From Chara braunii (lineage: Eukaryota; Plantae; Charophyceae): a stretch of DNA of 52,644 nt. The stretch lies in assembly GCA_003427395.1 (NCBI GenBank), contig BFEA01000042.1:4018439-4071082 (forward strand), given 5' to 3'. Shown here one piece after another: positions 10,766 to 23,063 of the stretch. Below the pieces are notes generated by a model. That model worked only from the letters and a program-made list of their open reading frames with translations, was not told where the DNA came from and made no database searches. The position numbers and the translations under genes were made by a program. The number at the start of each line of letters is the position of its first letter. Positions within the stretch are counted from its first letter, which is position 1.

Positions 10766-11605
10766 TGTGGAGCCAGTGAGTCACTGTGGACAGCATTGTT
10801 TTTGTTTAAAAAAAAAAAAAAATTGCTTTGTTTTTGTGGACAGCGTTGTTTTTCAGGCAGGAAACAGGATTTGGTAATTGAACTCTGTTGTAGAAGCCTA
10901 GAAGGACAGTTCGTTTTTTTTTTTTTTAATTGCTTTTTTCAACTATCGAGTTTTGTTTGTAAACTTTTTAAGACCTTTCTAAGTTTTTTTTTTTTTTTTG
11001 GTAATTTATTTTAATAATGAAAAGCCAGTGAGTTGGTTTTGAACTTTGTTTAAGTTGGTTTTCAGAATTTTTCTAGGCTACCAGATATCCGGGCGATGGA
11101 CGGACATCAAGCCCGGACGTCGACCGTGGACAGATAGGACGGGGCTCAGCTATCCGAAAAATTCCCGACAGCTATATTTAGGAAACGAAGTGGAAAAAAA
11201 AAAAAAAAAAAAAAAAAAGTTATTTGGTGTCTCGAAATTTACTACGAGTTTGGAGATCGTTCTGAGGCAAAAGTTGTTTGCTTTGCAGTCCTCTATATAA
11301 CGTATGTTTTTTTTTTTTCAGGTTTTTTTTTTTTTGTCAGGATTTAGTAATTTACTACTTCGTTATTTTGCGTTAGGCCGGACAGAGCTGGACAAATCCA
11401 TCCGTCGGGACAGATGTCGATACGAATCGGACATCTCGGACACCCAGGAGGGGCCCGTACGTCAGGGCTGGAAGCCTAGTTTTTTTTTTCCTTATTTAAC
11501 GGCAAGGCTCCTGGCTTTGTCCTACAAAACAAGTGGGGTAGTTGCTGCTTTGTTGAAGGGGTTTACAAGCTTCCATCACATGTAATACTTTATCTCTGCC
11601 GTCTT

Positions 11606-11778
11606 CTTTTTTTTTTTTTTTTCTAAAAGTAAAAGGGCGGCGGCCTTCGGATATCATCATTGAACTGACCGGCCCGGTGTAATTCAGAAGGATTATCCTG
11701 GTCACTTTGGTTCCATCTGGATTCCAACTCAGGTCTATATTTCAACAGGTTATTGGTGTACCAACTTAGCTAGGCCCG
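11606..11778 (-). mobile_element. tRNA-derived SINE, family A, with poly(A) tail
   Basis: Minus strand GGGCCTAGCTAAGTTGGTACACC...CTGTTGAAATATAGACCTGAGTTGGAATCC...GATATCCGAAGGCCGCCGCCCTTTT, then an A-run. Confidence 0.75.
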
Positions 11779-12674
11779 CTGCCATTCTCTATTCTGCACA
11801 CTCTTAGAAAGCTGCCGGAAAAGTCCAGGCCATAAGGACCCGTTTCAAAAAAAAAAAAAAAAAAAAAAAAAAAANNNNNNNNNNNNNNNTTCGGGGGAAC
11901 AAAATAGTGAAGGCCGCCCTTACCAAGAGCCCTAAGACGGGAGGGGAAAAAAAAAAAAAAAAAAAGAGCTGCCGGAATGCAGCTGCAGAGAGGTTCAAAC
12001 AGAGAAAATGAGGAATATAAAAGGGGTTTTGCAGCCCATTGTACCTCCCTGGACCCTCGTTGCCAAATTGTGCGTGCTCATCTAACTGTCGACGAACAGA
12101 TCGTGTGTTCGAATCTTGTGGAGAATCAACCATTTGAGGACTACCGAGCTTCTATACCCGCTTTTTCAAGGACCCAGTACGTCCGTGCCTCTTTTTGTAT
12201 GAGGCTCATTTTGTCCCACTGTCCGCCACGCTTCGCCGAAACGCCAGCGCAACGTTTTTGTTTAGTTTTCGCTGGTGCGGCCAGCCATTTTGGTGCGGAT
12301 GCCCCGAGCGCCCGGTTTTCGGAGCGCGGCTCAATTGTGACTCTCAAGTTGGCTGGGGCCATGTGCTGGTGGCGTAAGGGAAAAAAAAAGGGTGGCTCTG
12401 CAGCATTAGCAGCAATCACCAGTTGAAGTTGAAGTTGAAGTTAAAGGGAGGGTCCTTTCATGTGTGTGTTGATGCGCGGAAGTGGTAGAATTTGAATTCG
12501 GAAACCGTGCATATTTATTTTTATTTTTTTATTATTATTTTTTGTTTTGAAACCGTGCGTTGCAATCGTGGAACTTTAAAGTCTTCAGATTGAGAATCAG
12601 GCAGGCTTTTTGTTTTTTTCTCGCCTCTTTCTTTGTTGCATTATCTTGTTTGTGACTGAGCTTAAGATCCGAAA

Positions 12675-12727
<53 letters not shown>

Positions 12728-12922
12728 CGGAGAGAGGAGTGAGGAGACGGTTCTTCCTTCCTAGTAGGGGTGAACTTTGTGTGCTGCGCTCTTTAATAAA
12801 AAGGGACGGCGTCTCCGAAGGAAAAAAAAAAAAGAAAAAAAGAAGGAAATCTCTGCGTTCATCTGACCTGCCCGTCTTTCATTTTCGCTTTTGTGTCACA
12901 CAGTCTGTGTTCAGCCTCTTGA

Positions 12923-12969
12923 TGCTTGATGAATAGGTGAAACTCCGACGGAACAGTCTGTCACAGGCA
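12923..12969 (+). ncRNA. Hammerhead-ribozyme-like motif (degenerate)
   Basis: TGC-TTGATGA-ATAGG-TGAAACT-CCGAC-GGAAC-AGTCT-GTC-ACAGGCA. Confidence 0.5.
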
Positions 12970-13050
12970 CTCGTTCGTTGTGTCCTCGTCTCCCACTCTG
13001 CCTACGGTTCACTGGAAAGTTCTCTGTGGCAATATATAGCGCTCAGCCGC

Positions 13051-13095
13051 CTGATGAGTCAGTGGAACTCCAACAAAACAGTTGGTTACAGCCCC
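13051..13095 (+). ncRNA. Hammerhead-ribozyme-like motif (degenerate, CpG-decayed)
   Basis: CTGATGA-GTCAG-TGGAACT-CCAAC-AAAAC-AGTTG-GTT-ACAGCCCC. Confidence 0.5.
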
Positions 13096-13140
13096 TGCTG
13101 TTTTCTTGTCTTTTTTTGAAGTTCTTCACTTTTTCTTTTT

Positions 13141-13196
13141 TCATCCTTGTGTGGGGGCCATGCTAATCTTCTCTGTATCGGTCCAATTTTAACGGT
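13141..13196 (-). pseudogene. U6: U6 snRNA fragment (central part, truncated at both ends)
   Basis: Reverse complement CCGTTAAAATTGGACCGATACAGAGAAGATTAGCATGGCCCCCACACAAGGATGA, followed by A-rich sequence. Confidence 0.85.
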
Positions 13197-13979
13197 TGTC
13201 CGGACCCAAAAAAAAAAAAAAAAGTTAAAAAAACAGAATTCCAAAAAAATCTGAAAGCAATATATGTTATGCAGAAGAATAAACTAAACAACATTTGCCT
13301 CAACAATACATCCAAATTCTTTACCAAATTTGAAATAAAAATCAAATACTAAAAATAAATAATAATAATGAAAATTAGAAAAAATAAAACGAGCGAGCAC
13401 GTTTTTGACACTGCCATCTTTGGCGACTTTTCATTTTGTTTTGGCTGTGACAAATGCCATGAAAACTTATATATGTGTATCTTACATAATGGAGAATCTA
13501 CAAATAAAAGTTTGAAAAAATAATATTTTTTTTCATGCCCCGAAATAAAGGAAAAACAAACAAAAAATGGAAAGAGAAAAAAAAACAAATTAGTGAGTGG
13601 GCAAGCAAGTTTTGACACCACCATCTTTGATGATTTTTCTTTTTTTTTTGGCTGAACAGAATGGCTTCAAAAATTAAGAGGGAGATACTTACATCACAAA
13701 GAACTCACCAAAAAAAATCAAATATAGCTTGTTTTATAGCCTGAAAAATCCTGAAAATCCTGATGCATGAAAAAAAGTTAAAAAAACACTTTTGCCTTGC
13801 TGTTTTATATCTTTTGAAGGTTGGTTTTTCAACTTTGTTTTTGTACATAGTTAGTATGGTCTTCACTCTCTGAATGGGTGCCAAGTTTGGTTAAAATGAC
13901 CCTTGGGGTTTTCTTATAAATGGCCTGACAAGTGGTCTGAAAATTGAGGCCTCCGGTAACCGTCTCTCGAAATCCTTAA
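13192..13979. mobile_element. AT-rich putative non-autonomous DNA transposon with short imperfect TIRs
   Basis: ACGGTTGTCCGGA at the left end versus TCCGGTAACCGT near the right end; TTAA near both ends; internal duplication of GAGC..GTTTTGACAC.(G/A)CCATCTTTG. Confidence 0.35.
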
Positions 13980-14663
13980 AAAAAAGTGTGTTACACTCCT
14001 CTACCCTTTTTTTTTTTTTTTTTTTTTTTAATCAGAATGGTTGAACATCGCCCTTCTACCCTTTGGGGGACAAATTAGTAATTACGATTTGGGATCTGGA
14101 AAGCAAAGCAATGAACCTGGCCAGAGGGCCGTCATGATGCAGACAGAAATCATTCCAAAAAATCCATCAGAGCAAGTTGTTGCCACATTTTGGTAATTCT
14201 GCTGATAGGGCCCGGAAGTTTCATCCTGTTTTTCTGTTTGTTTGTTTTTTTGTTTTTTGAAGGTTTCATCATGTGAATGCTAAAGAAAAAGGAAATAAAA
14301 AAATTATTAAAATTCTGAAGATTCAGTGAAGAAGTTAAAAGAACACAAAAATAGTTCTTGGAACAACAGAGGCTCAATTTGCTAGATAGTATATCTTGTT
14401 GTGCCAGTAAAAAAGAAAACTTGCAGGTTGCAAAACTTGCAATCATAGCTGTGTGAGTGGGTGGATGACAGATCCAGGAGACATGGTGTGTTTCCTAGCT
14501 GTCCATTCAAACTCTGTGTCTTTCCCTTCCTTCCTTTTTCCTTTCCCTTTCTCTTCGTCTCGTTGATTTTTTGGGTCGTTGATGCCTGCGATTCGCATGG
14601 TCGTTGCCAGAGAAACCCTCTTTCCATTGTTTTCAAGTCGTTGGAGAATACCTGGGGAAGTAA

Positions 14664-14667
<4 letters not shown>

Positions 14668-14725
<58 letters not shown>

Positions 14726-14726
14726 N

Positions 14727-14788
<62 letters not shown>

Positions 14789-14790
14789 CG
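14668..14790. repeat. (CT)n/(GT)n microsatellite
   Basis: Seen directly. Confidence 0.95.
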
Positions 14791-15118
14791 TGAGTGCCAC
14801 CGCTGCACTTTGCATGCAGTTGTTTCTATGGCCTTTCCTTGTGTGTCAGTGTCCTGATCTCTTGCGCCCTACCTCCTCGGGAACCCAATGTATGGATGCC
14901 CAAGTAATTAGAGGAAGTCTGATGGCCTTGATTTTCTTGTTTTGCTTGAAGGTTTCAGCATATAGCCAGATCTTTTTTTTTTCCTTCGAACTCCATGGAT
15001 GATCGTGCATTTGCTTGCTTTGGATATAATTGCACATTGATTGATGGATTTTTCACGTAAAGCAGACCCCGGACGAGGTATATTCGGATTCGTTGTTCGA
15101 TGTTCATCAGGGTAATTG

Positions 15119-15128
15119 GTGTGTGTGC

Positions 15129-15209
<81 letters not shown>
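15119..15209. repeat. (GT)n microsatellite
   Basis: Seen directly. Confidence 0.95.
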
Positions 15210-15211
<2 letters not shown>

Positions 15212-15786
15212 GGGTTGTGTGCATGTATGCATGCCATGGCACACACTCTCTTCCAGGCAGGGCTCAGGTGAGAAGACCGGCATGGCAAGAGCCATGCTGC
15301 AGGAGGGGATACCTTATGATGATACGGGAACACTACTTTGAGAGGGCGTGGCCAAAACGTCCTGTGTGGAATACTTTGTAGGCGCGGGACAGACACATGC
15401 AATAGCTGAAGGCAGCAAAAACTATGCTGGAGCATCTATGGCGTGAATGCCGCTGCGGTATGACCCAGAATATAGACAATCAGTACATCACAGACAAACA
15501 CACAAGAAGGGGGAACGAAACAACAACGAAGCCAGGGGCAGGGAGGCAATGCGGTGAGCCTGTCAAATGGCAAGCCTCAACAAGGCACATAGACTGGAGG
15601 GCATGGAGGGAAGGGGGGAAGCAAATGCAAATAAAGGTTAGGACAGCACATAGACTGGAGGGAAAGGGGGAGATGGGAGGGTAGGCAACACACAAGAACA
15701 CAGGTCAGGGAAGAGACCACCACCAACAACAAAGAAAAAAAAGTACGACCAAGCCGGGAAACAAAAGAGCAAAAAAAATAAAAACT

Positions 15787-15824
15787 GACGACACACAGAA
15801 ATCGAGAAATGGTCCAAATGTTTT
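15787..15824 (+). pseudogene. U6: U6 snRNA 3'-end fragment
   Basis: GACGACACACAGAAATCGAGAAATGGTCCAAATGTTTT matches the plant U6 3' end. Confidence 0.75.
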
Positions 15825-16134
15825 AGCAAGGATTGTCAGATTGAGAGCTCTTTCTTGATTCCATGGGTGGTGGTGCATCTCCGTTCTTTATTTATTTACT
15901 TATTATTTATTTATTTATTTGTTTATTTTGCATGGTCGTTCTTACTACATCGNNNNNNNNNNNNNNNNNNNNNNNNNNNNNNNNNNNNNNNNNNNNNNNN
16001 NNNNNNNNNNNNNNNNNNNNNNNNNNNNNNNNNNNNNNNNNNNNNNNNNNNNNNNNNNNNNNNNNNNNNNNNNNNNNNNNNNNNNNNNNNNNNNNNNNNN
16101 NNNNNNNNNNNNNNNNNNNNNNNNNNNNNNNNNN

Positions 16135-16165
<31 letters not shown>

Positions 16166-16240
16166 GCAATCCCTTTAATACTTTTGTCTTCCAACTTTGT
16201 TGGTGGAGTAAGTTGTTTGGTTAATTCCATTTAAGAAAAA

Positions 16241-16285
16241 CTGATGATGAAAGATTGTTTCATCGGAGTTGCACCGACTCGTCAG
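16241..16285 (-). ncRNA. Hammerhead-ribozyme-like motif (best-preserved core)
   Basis: Reverse complement CTGACGA-GTCGG-TGCAACT-CCGAT-GAAAC-AATCT-TTC-ATCATCAG contains CUGANGA, stem II and GAAA. Confidence 0.55.
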
Positions 16286-17012
16286 AAACCCTCAACAATT
16301 TACCGAATCCTCGCCTTAATGGTTTCGGTTATGAACCCCTTTGATCCTTGTTGAAGGCAGACTGTCCATAAACGGAACACGACAGCGGGCTGCAGCTCAC
16401 TGAGCTCAATGAAGCACCAGGCAACGTGGCCGGAGAAACACGACTGCAGAATGCCCAAGCGGGCGAGCAGCACAGCGACAGTGCAGCGAAGCACAAGGCA
16501 ACACCAACAAAGCAGGCATGCTGCATGGCACCCAAGCAAAGAATGTGGAAGGCACGACATGCGGATGGGTGGCAACTTGGCAAGGCAGTAGAGCAGAGAA
16601 GCACAAGGCAACACCAACAACACAGCCACACCACACAGTGAACCCAGAGGCTGCACAGAACAACGTGCAAACCAAGCGGGCACGCAGCAAGTCAGCGGCG
16701 GAGCACAGACAAGGCAGTCTTCACATCCAACATAGACCAAAGAGGCACATGTTGGTTCCCACCACCTGCCGAGCCAGGAAGGCACTCCGACATCCCTGTA
16801 GGTCACACAGAGATCCCGAACTGAACAACCTGCCTAAGAGTGCTGCATGCACTCCACACGAGGAATGACAGACTATTTGGCACTGCTTAAGCTGCTCAGC
16901 TAGGTACACAAAAAGTAAGAAAAGTAGAAGGAAAACAGAACAGACAAAACAGGAAGATAGGCAGACATATAAAGATGTGTGTGCCTCTGCATGTGGACAT
17001 ACATTAAAAAAT

Positions 17013-17067
<55 letters not shown>

Positions 17068-17729
17068 CACACCATGTCGCTAATGTTGGTTTTGGCTGAG
17101 CACGGACGTTGAGGACGGCACACTGTGGAATCCAGGCAGGGATGGCGTATTTACAGACAATGCGGGTATCGTCCTTCTTCGGGGTTGGCTTGCTGCGAGC
17201 ATTACGGAGGATGAATCTACGCCATCTTTTTTCAACCGCAAGTACTTGGCCGGTACATCGGCCGCAGGCCCCTCATTTTAATGTGCCGCAACTTTTGGGG
17301 CCGGGCGACTGTTGATAAATCTTATCAATGGCCTTTGTCGCATTTACGGCATCCAAAAGTCACGGTGAGGTATGGACCAGGTACTGGTGAATGAAGGATG
17401 GTTGTTTCAAAGATTATGTCATAGATGGGATAGAAGCGTTCAGGGCCGTGGTCCCACTAGCGAAGGGGATAGGATAGAAATCCTGAATCTGGCTATGTTT
17501 TATGCATAGATACAGAAAAGCAGTTCTATCTCAATTTCCTGCTCCTGTCCTCAAACATGTCCAGATTCAGGCATTCAATCCGATCCTCTTTGCTAATGGG
17601 ACCACGGCCCAGGGGTAGCCATTACTGAGGCACAGGCGACGCTTTTGGATTTGAGAAAAAGGGGATTTACAAAGAATATCAAATAATTTTGGAATACCGT
17701 AGATATAGCCTTTTCCTGAGATGTTCTGA

Positions 17730-19376
17730 TTACAATCTGTATATGGGACGCTGGACCCGTTTTCCAGCAGGTGATGCTCCCCACCAATAGATCGAGCCTC
17801 TCCCCGGGTGGTAGCCGTGTCTGCTCTTATCAGATCAAAAAAATCAAAAAAAAAAAAAAAAAGACGTAGATGATTCAGCCGCCCAGTAATCCGTAAAAAT
17901 TATATGCCATTCTCATGGCGTATGGGAATTATCCCCTACTTACGCTAGCGTGGCGCAGGGAAACAAAGGCACATCGCATATAACATCCAACGTATTTGTG
18001 CGGCTTAGAGAAACCGTTTAAAAAATTCGGCAGTCAACATCATTTATGCAGATGCGAGCCCTCAAAATTATATATCCTTTGTTTTTTTTTTTGACAAACA
18101 ATGCATGAGCAGACCCCGTCGTGTACCTGATAGACCTCCCCAGATCCAGGTATTATAGTTGTATGTATATGTGTGCCCGGAAGCTATGTATATGTGTGAG
18201 CCCGTAGGCTGTCTGTATGTTCACAAGCCATGTTTTTGTGTATGCCCGAAGGCTACGGATGCTCTGTGTAACTCTATAGGGAGATGTATGCGCCCGAAGG
18301 CCAGATATGTGCAGTACTATGTAGAGGGAACCATGTGTTCTTTTGAAGAGATGACAGGCCAAGTTGGACACGAATCCCCCTGAAGTCCCAAGCCAGACTC
18401 GAACCCATGATCTATGACATGTACCCGGAAGACTCCACCGTATGAGCAACAATTGCAAATGGCACCTATGTGACACATACCAGACTGGGGAGATCAACAG
18501 AACAACGACGACCAACTGCGACAAGCACCCCGCGCAGCATCGAGACCCGACATACAACACCTTGGACAACCCTTGGGTGGTGCGCAGGCAGTGTCTGTAA
18601 TAGCTATCCTGCATCAGCGCAAAGGGTTACGCAAGTGACCGTGCGTTATGTAAACACCCTCCGGTGTCTTTGCGAGAAGGTGTCTGGAGATTTGAACCCA
18701 CACCCTCAAACCGCAATGCGCAGTGACAACCGGTGCCCTAACCACTGAGCCACGGGCCTAATATCTCATCCATCATCGTTCTGCTACTCCATCAGTAAGC
18801 TTTACCCGAGTGCTAAACGAAGCGTCACCCACACAAACTAGACCTTTTTTTTCTTTAAAAACAAAAACAAAAACACCCGAGGGTACGCTAGGGGTGCTGA
18901 TAAAAGCAGACACCCCTAGCATTCCCGGGTGGCTCCATCTATTGGTGGGGAGCCGCACCTGCTGGAAACCGGGTCCAGCGTCCCTTTGAACATTGTCTTT
19001 TTGCAGTAATTGCCTGCCAGCATTGATTACCCTGAACCCAGGGGATTAACTGAGCACGCAAAATAGACCTACTTTTACGCTGATCGGAGCAAATTGTCCC
19101 AAAAAAAAAAAAAAAAAAAAAAAAAAGACCTACTTTTACGCTGGCGCAAGTAAGAGGCAAACAAAGGTACAGCGTATAACATCCACTGTCATCCAACGTA
19201 TTCGTGCAGCTAAGGGATTTTTTGATGTGCCTAGAGAAAATGAGACAGTCAACATATATGCAAATGTGGACCTTAAAATTCTTCTTTTTTTTTTTGACAG
19301 ACAATGCTCCAATCTATTTGTGGGGAGCAACATGTGATGAGAACTGGGCCCAGCATCCCATATGAACAGATTACAG
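17730..19376. repeat. Cluster of direct and inverted dispersed-repeat fragments
   Basis: 17730-17833 (+) matches 18890-18985 (-) and 19305-19376 (-); 17935-18103 matches 19128-19306 (direct). A further copy of GTGTCTGCTCTTATCAGCACCCCTA lies at ~21012. Confidence 0.6.
18680..18758 (-). mobile_element. tRNA-derived SINE head, family B (body probably extends left toward ~18100)
   Basis: Reverse complement GGCCCGTGGCTCAGTGGTTAGGGCACCGG...GTGGGTTCAAATCTCC contains an A box and a B box. Confidence 0.6.
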
Positions 19377-20709
19377 AATAATTGGAGGTACCGGGGCCAT
19401 CACCCGGCTTTGGCTGAGACGATCGACCAGATCNNNNNNNNNNNNNNNNNNNNNNNNNNNNNNNNNNNNNNNNNNNNNNNNNNNNNNNNNNNNNNNNNNN
19501 NNNNNNNNNNNNNNNNNNNNNNNNNNNNNNNNNNNNNNNNNNNNNNNNNNNNNNNNNNNNNNNNNNNNNNNNNNNNNNNNNNNNNNNNNNNNNNNNNNNN
19601 NNNNNNNNNNNNNNNNNNNNNNNNNNNNCACAGCATATGAAGAATACCGATCCTACCCAGACATCTCTGCTCTTGCCACAGCCGAAGAGGAAGGGGAGAG
19701 GAATCCAACCTCTTCCCCTGTGGAGGTGGACCAACCTCTTGCCACTATCTGCCTCCTGATCAAAACACCCAAAACGAAGAGAATGCAATACACGGCGGCC
19801 ACCGAGATCACCCCCTTCCCCCTGAGGAAAAACCATCCCCCTTGCTCTAAAAACTGCCGTCGCTGAGAGGATTCCCCCTTCTCCTCCTGGCCCCAGTTCA
19901 GGGCCAGACTCGCAAAAACGATCACCCCCACTCTCTCCAGCGCGTACAGTTCCCACCTAAAGTATGCCCCCACAGAACGCAAGTTCCCCCCAAAGCCTCC
20001 ATTCCACCCTCTCCAATTGAGACGGACCCCCAAACACCCCCCGGAACACCCCTCCCTGCTGAAAACAGCACCCCTCGTTCCTATCTGCCACCGCCGGAAC
20101 CAGATCAGAATTGTTACTCGATTAGAAAGCTTCACCCAACTGCTAAAAGAAGCTTCACCCGTGCAAAACAGAGTTTGGAATTTCTGCTTAAATCACCAGT
20201 ACCTTTCCCATATGTCAGCCGCGGGCACTGCGCGCCAGGCCGAAAATCAAGACTGGCCATCGATTCAATTTATCAGCGGCCGCCCTTCCGTTTCAGGCCA
20301 GCGCGTTACCCGGCGGGCCTCTGAAAAATTGACTCGGAAAGAGTCGGAAAGGTAGCGGTGGTTTAACGAGAAAAAATGCCTGCGAACCGAATGTCCCATC
20401 TGGAACCGACTGTCCGGGTCTCTCTGGAGTCCAGTTACGAATGTCCGGTTTCAGGCCCCTTCACGAAAAATTAAAGAAAAATTGGTGGCCGCCTGGGAGC
20501 CTGAGGGTTGTTTTGGTCCCAGGCACCCCCCCCCAAAAAAATGTTCGTTGATTTTCTGGGCTTGTTTCGGCGGTGGAAGGGTCAAAGAGAGCTCATTGGA
20601 GGGCAGATTCGAAATTCATTTTCGCCCGCCAAGTAACTACCAAAGCCACCGCGTCCACAACCATTCGGAGGAACTGTTGGTGTAACTGTCTATGAACAGC
20701 CCGGGTTGT

Positions 20710-20766
<57 letters not shown>

Positions 20767-21089
20767 AGAAGAAGAAGAACAGGCCGTGAGCTCAAAACCC
20801 AATGGATGTAATAGTGTTCGGGGCTGTGGCCTATCCCCCTTAGTGAAAACAAAGCAAAAGTAGGGCACACGTGTGTATGTAAACAACATAAACTTGAATT
20901 TTTACGAGCTGTATAAGGCTTTGTGAGGACCAGGCCGCACTGGTGCTATGTCTGTGCTTAGGAGGAATGTGGCCTTAGACATTGGGGGATGAAGAAAAGG
21001 GAGTGATAGCGGTGTCTGCTCTTATCAGCACCCCTACCACCACCTCGGGTTGTTCTGGTTAAAAAAAAAAAAGAAGCTATGGATTTTAC

Positions 21090-21611
21090 AGGCACGAGGA
21101 CGATGAGTGCGCGGCTTACCAGGAAGCTTGCGTCCAGCGTCTGGTGCGGGATTTTACAAGCGCAGTTGAGGCAGAAGCTATGGACGGCGGTCGAGTGTCG
21201 TACGAGCGTCTGAAGGGGATGGCAGAGGCGACGAGGTATTTGCTCGCCGCCACGATGTGGATTATGCGAATGGCGGGGGACGATCCGAGATCGCATTACG
21301 ATGCTTGGGTTTTCGTTCAACTGATGGCAAAGACGACGCTGCTGGCGTCCATGAGCCGGCAGTTCGACGCCCGCGGACACATCACGCAATCCGCGCAGGT
21401 CATGACGGACAAGTTGGGGAGACCGCCTCTGACCTTCGCCCCCCCACCTGCGTACATCCCCAATTGGGCGTCTAAGTGTGGGGTCACTTTCTCGCACGAC
21501 GCCACGTTGGCCTCCCCGATGGAGGCGAAACGGTTGGATTGGCTGGGGACTGGTCCCCCCGAGGACGACGACGACGACGCTGAAGGCGATGACAAAGGCG
21601 AGGGGGGGTGA
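21090..21611 (+). pseudogene. 3' fragment of the probable second ORF (Myb/SANT-type accessory protein) of the Harbinger element
   Basis: Open, GC-rich, coding-like segment (ATRYLLAATMWIMRMAGDDPRSHYDA...PPPAYIPNW), convergent with the transposase and truncated at its 5' end by unrelated repeats. The Myb domain itself is not visible. Confidence 0.5.
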
Positions 21612-23063
21612 CGCGTAGACGACGGTGATGGCGAAGGCAAGGAGGGGATGATGCGCAGGCCCTGTTGAGATGGCAGGTACAAGAGGATGGGGGGAGGGGG
21701 GGGGTTGGGGGGGTTGCTTCGGGGGGCGGGACGTGGGAGGGCTCACGGGGGAGAAAAGGGTTTGTGGCATCGTTTATGACTGTGTTCGGGGCAGGACGCC
21801 ATGAGCGTGCGGGGTTTGTTTGAGTACCATGGGAGCGATCGTCGTACAAGTGTTGTTTTCTGGTCGTTGATGACTGTGTTCGGGGCAGGACGCCAGGTGG
21901 AAGTGTTATTGGCAACTTTTTTTTTTTTCGCTGGATTTCGGCATGCCACTGTTCAGAGGTGGCATGCGTAGTAGAAGGTGTGCATTGGTAGCGCAGCGAA
22001 ATTTCTTAATGGGTGATGTTCTTTTTTATCTTCGCAATGATGCGTGGTCTTCTTTTTTCATTTCATCCATCACTTTTTTTTTGTTTTTTTGGAAAACGCA
22101 TGCACGGTGGGTACGGTTTCATCTCTCATTGTCTGTTGAATGTTCGTGGCAACAAAGTTATGCGTCATGGTCCGTGCGTATCGAACGTCCAATCCATCCT
22201 TCCGCCTCGTTTCGTAATTAAAAAAAAACAAAAAACAAAATTTAAAATACACAAAAATAAAACAAAAATACAAAATAAAAAAATACAACACACCACATTG
22301 GAGCGAGAGCGGTAAACGAACAGGAAACGCAAAGGTCGATGCAGGCAAAGCGGTGAACAATCTTCGAAACGAAGAACCAAAACAACTGTGTTGCAAACCC
22401 ATGCAATAGCAGCTCCCTTCAACATAACAACAAGAGAAATGCGGAATGAACTGTTTTTTGCATACACGTTGTGAGCAAAGAAAACTCAAATCTCAAAAAG
22501 GGATTCCCCTCAGAATGCGAAACCATTTCCAGGTACCAGCAACATTGCATTGTTTGGAATCAAACCCCTCACCCCACCCTCCCCCCGCCCCCCTCTCGAC
22601 CGTCGTCCCCCGTCATCACAAGTACTGCACGCTGCACGCATGGCACGGGCAACCCCGCCACGCGCACCCGCCTAACGGCAATATACGCAACCACCAACTA
22701 CACTACCTGAGCGAACAATAACGCTAACCAGCCCGTAGTCCCTGTCCATGGACAAGGCAAAAAAAAAAAAAAANNNNNNNNNNAAAAAAAACTAAAAACC
22801 AAGCGACAGCGTACATAAGCCAGTCATCGCCACTCAACACTGGACAACTAACCGCACCGACCACGCGAGACACGCCGGCCACATCTCGCTCGAACGACGC
22901 TACCACGACCGGACTGCCATCGTCGACCGCCTCTTGCTGTGGGACGGCCACCTCCCCTTCCTCCCGCCACCGGATCTCCTCCGTGCTCCCCCGCTTCTCA
23001 CAGCTTCGTCCCTCAGACTCGTTCCATTCATGGCGGGGTCTCCAACTGTGAACACGGCCAACC

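Noticed and set aside
15296-15322. GCAGGAGGGGATACCTTATGAT faintly like the U1 5' region; nearby RPLKVVFPYHHKV faintly like a Penelope-like protein
   Set aside because: Both are too short and degenerate to support.
17810-17833. TCTGCTCTTATCAG resembling U2 snRNA (TCTGTTCTTATCAG), also at ~21015
   Set aside because: The match is only ~14 nt, the U2 flanks are absent, and it is part of a different dispersed repeat.
19630-20200. Coding-like C-rich segment, possibly a LINE remnant (also 17077-17340)
   Set aside because: No diagnostic motif recognised in any frame.
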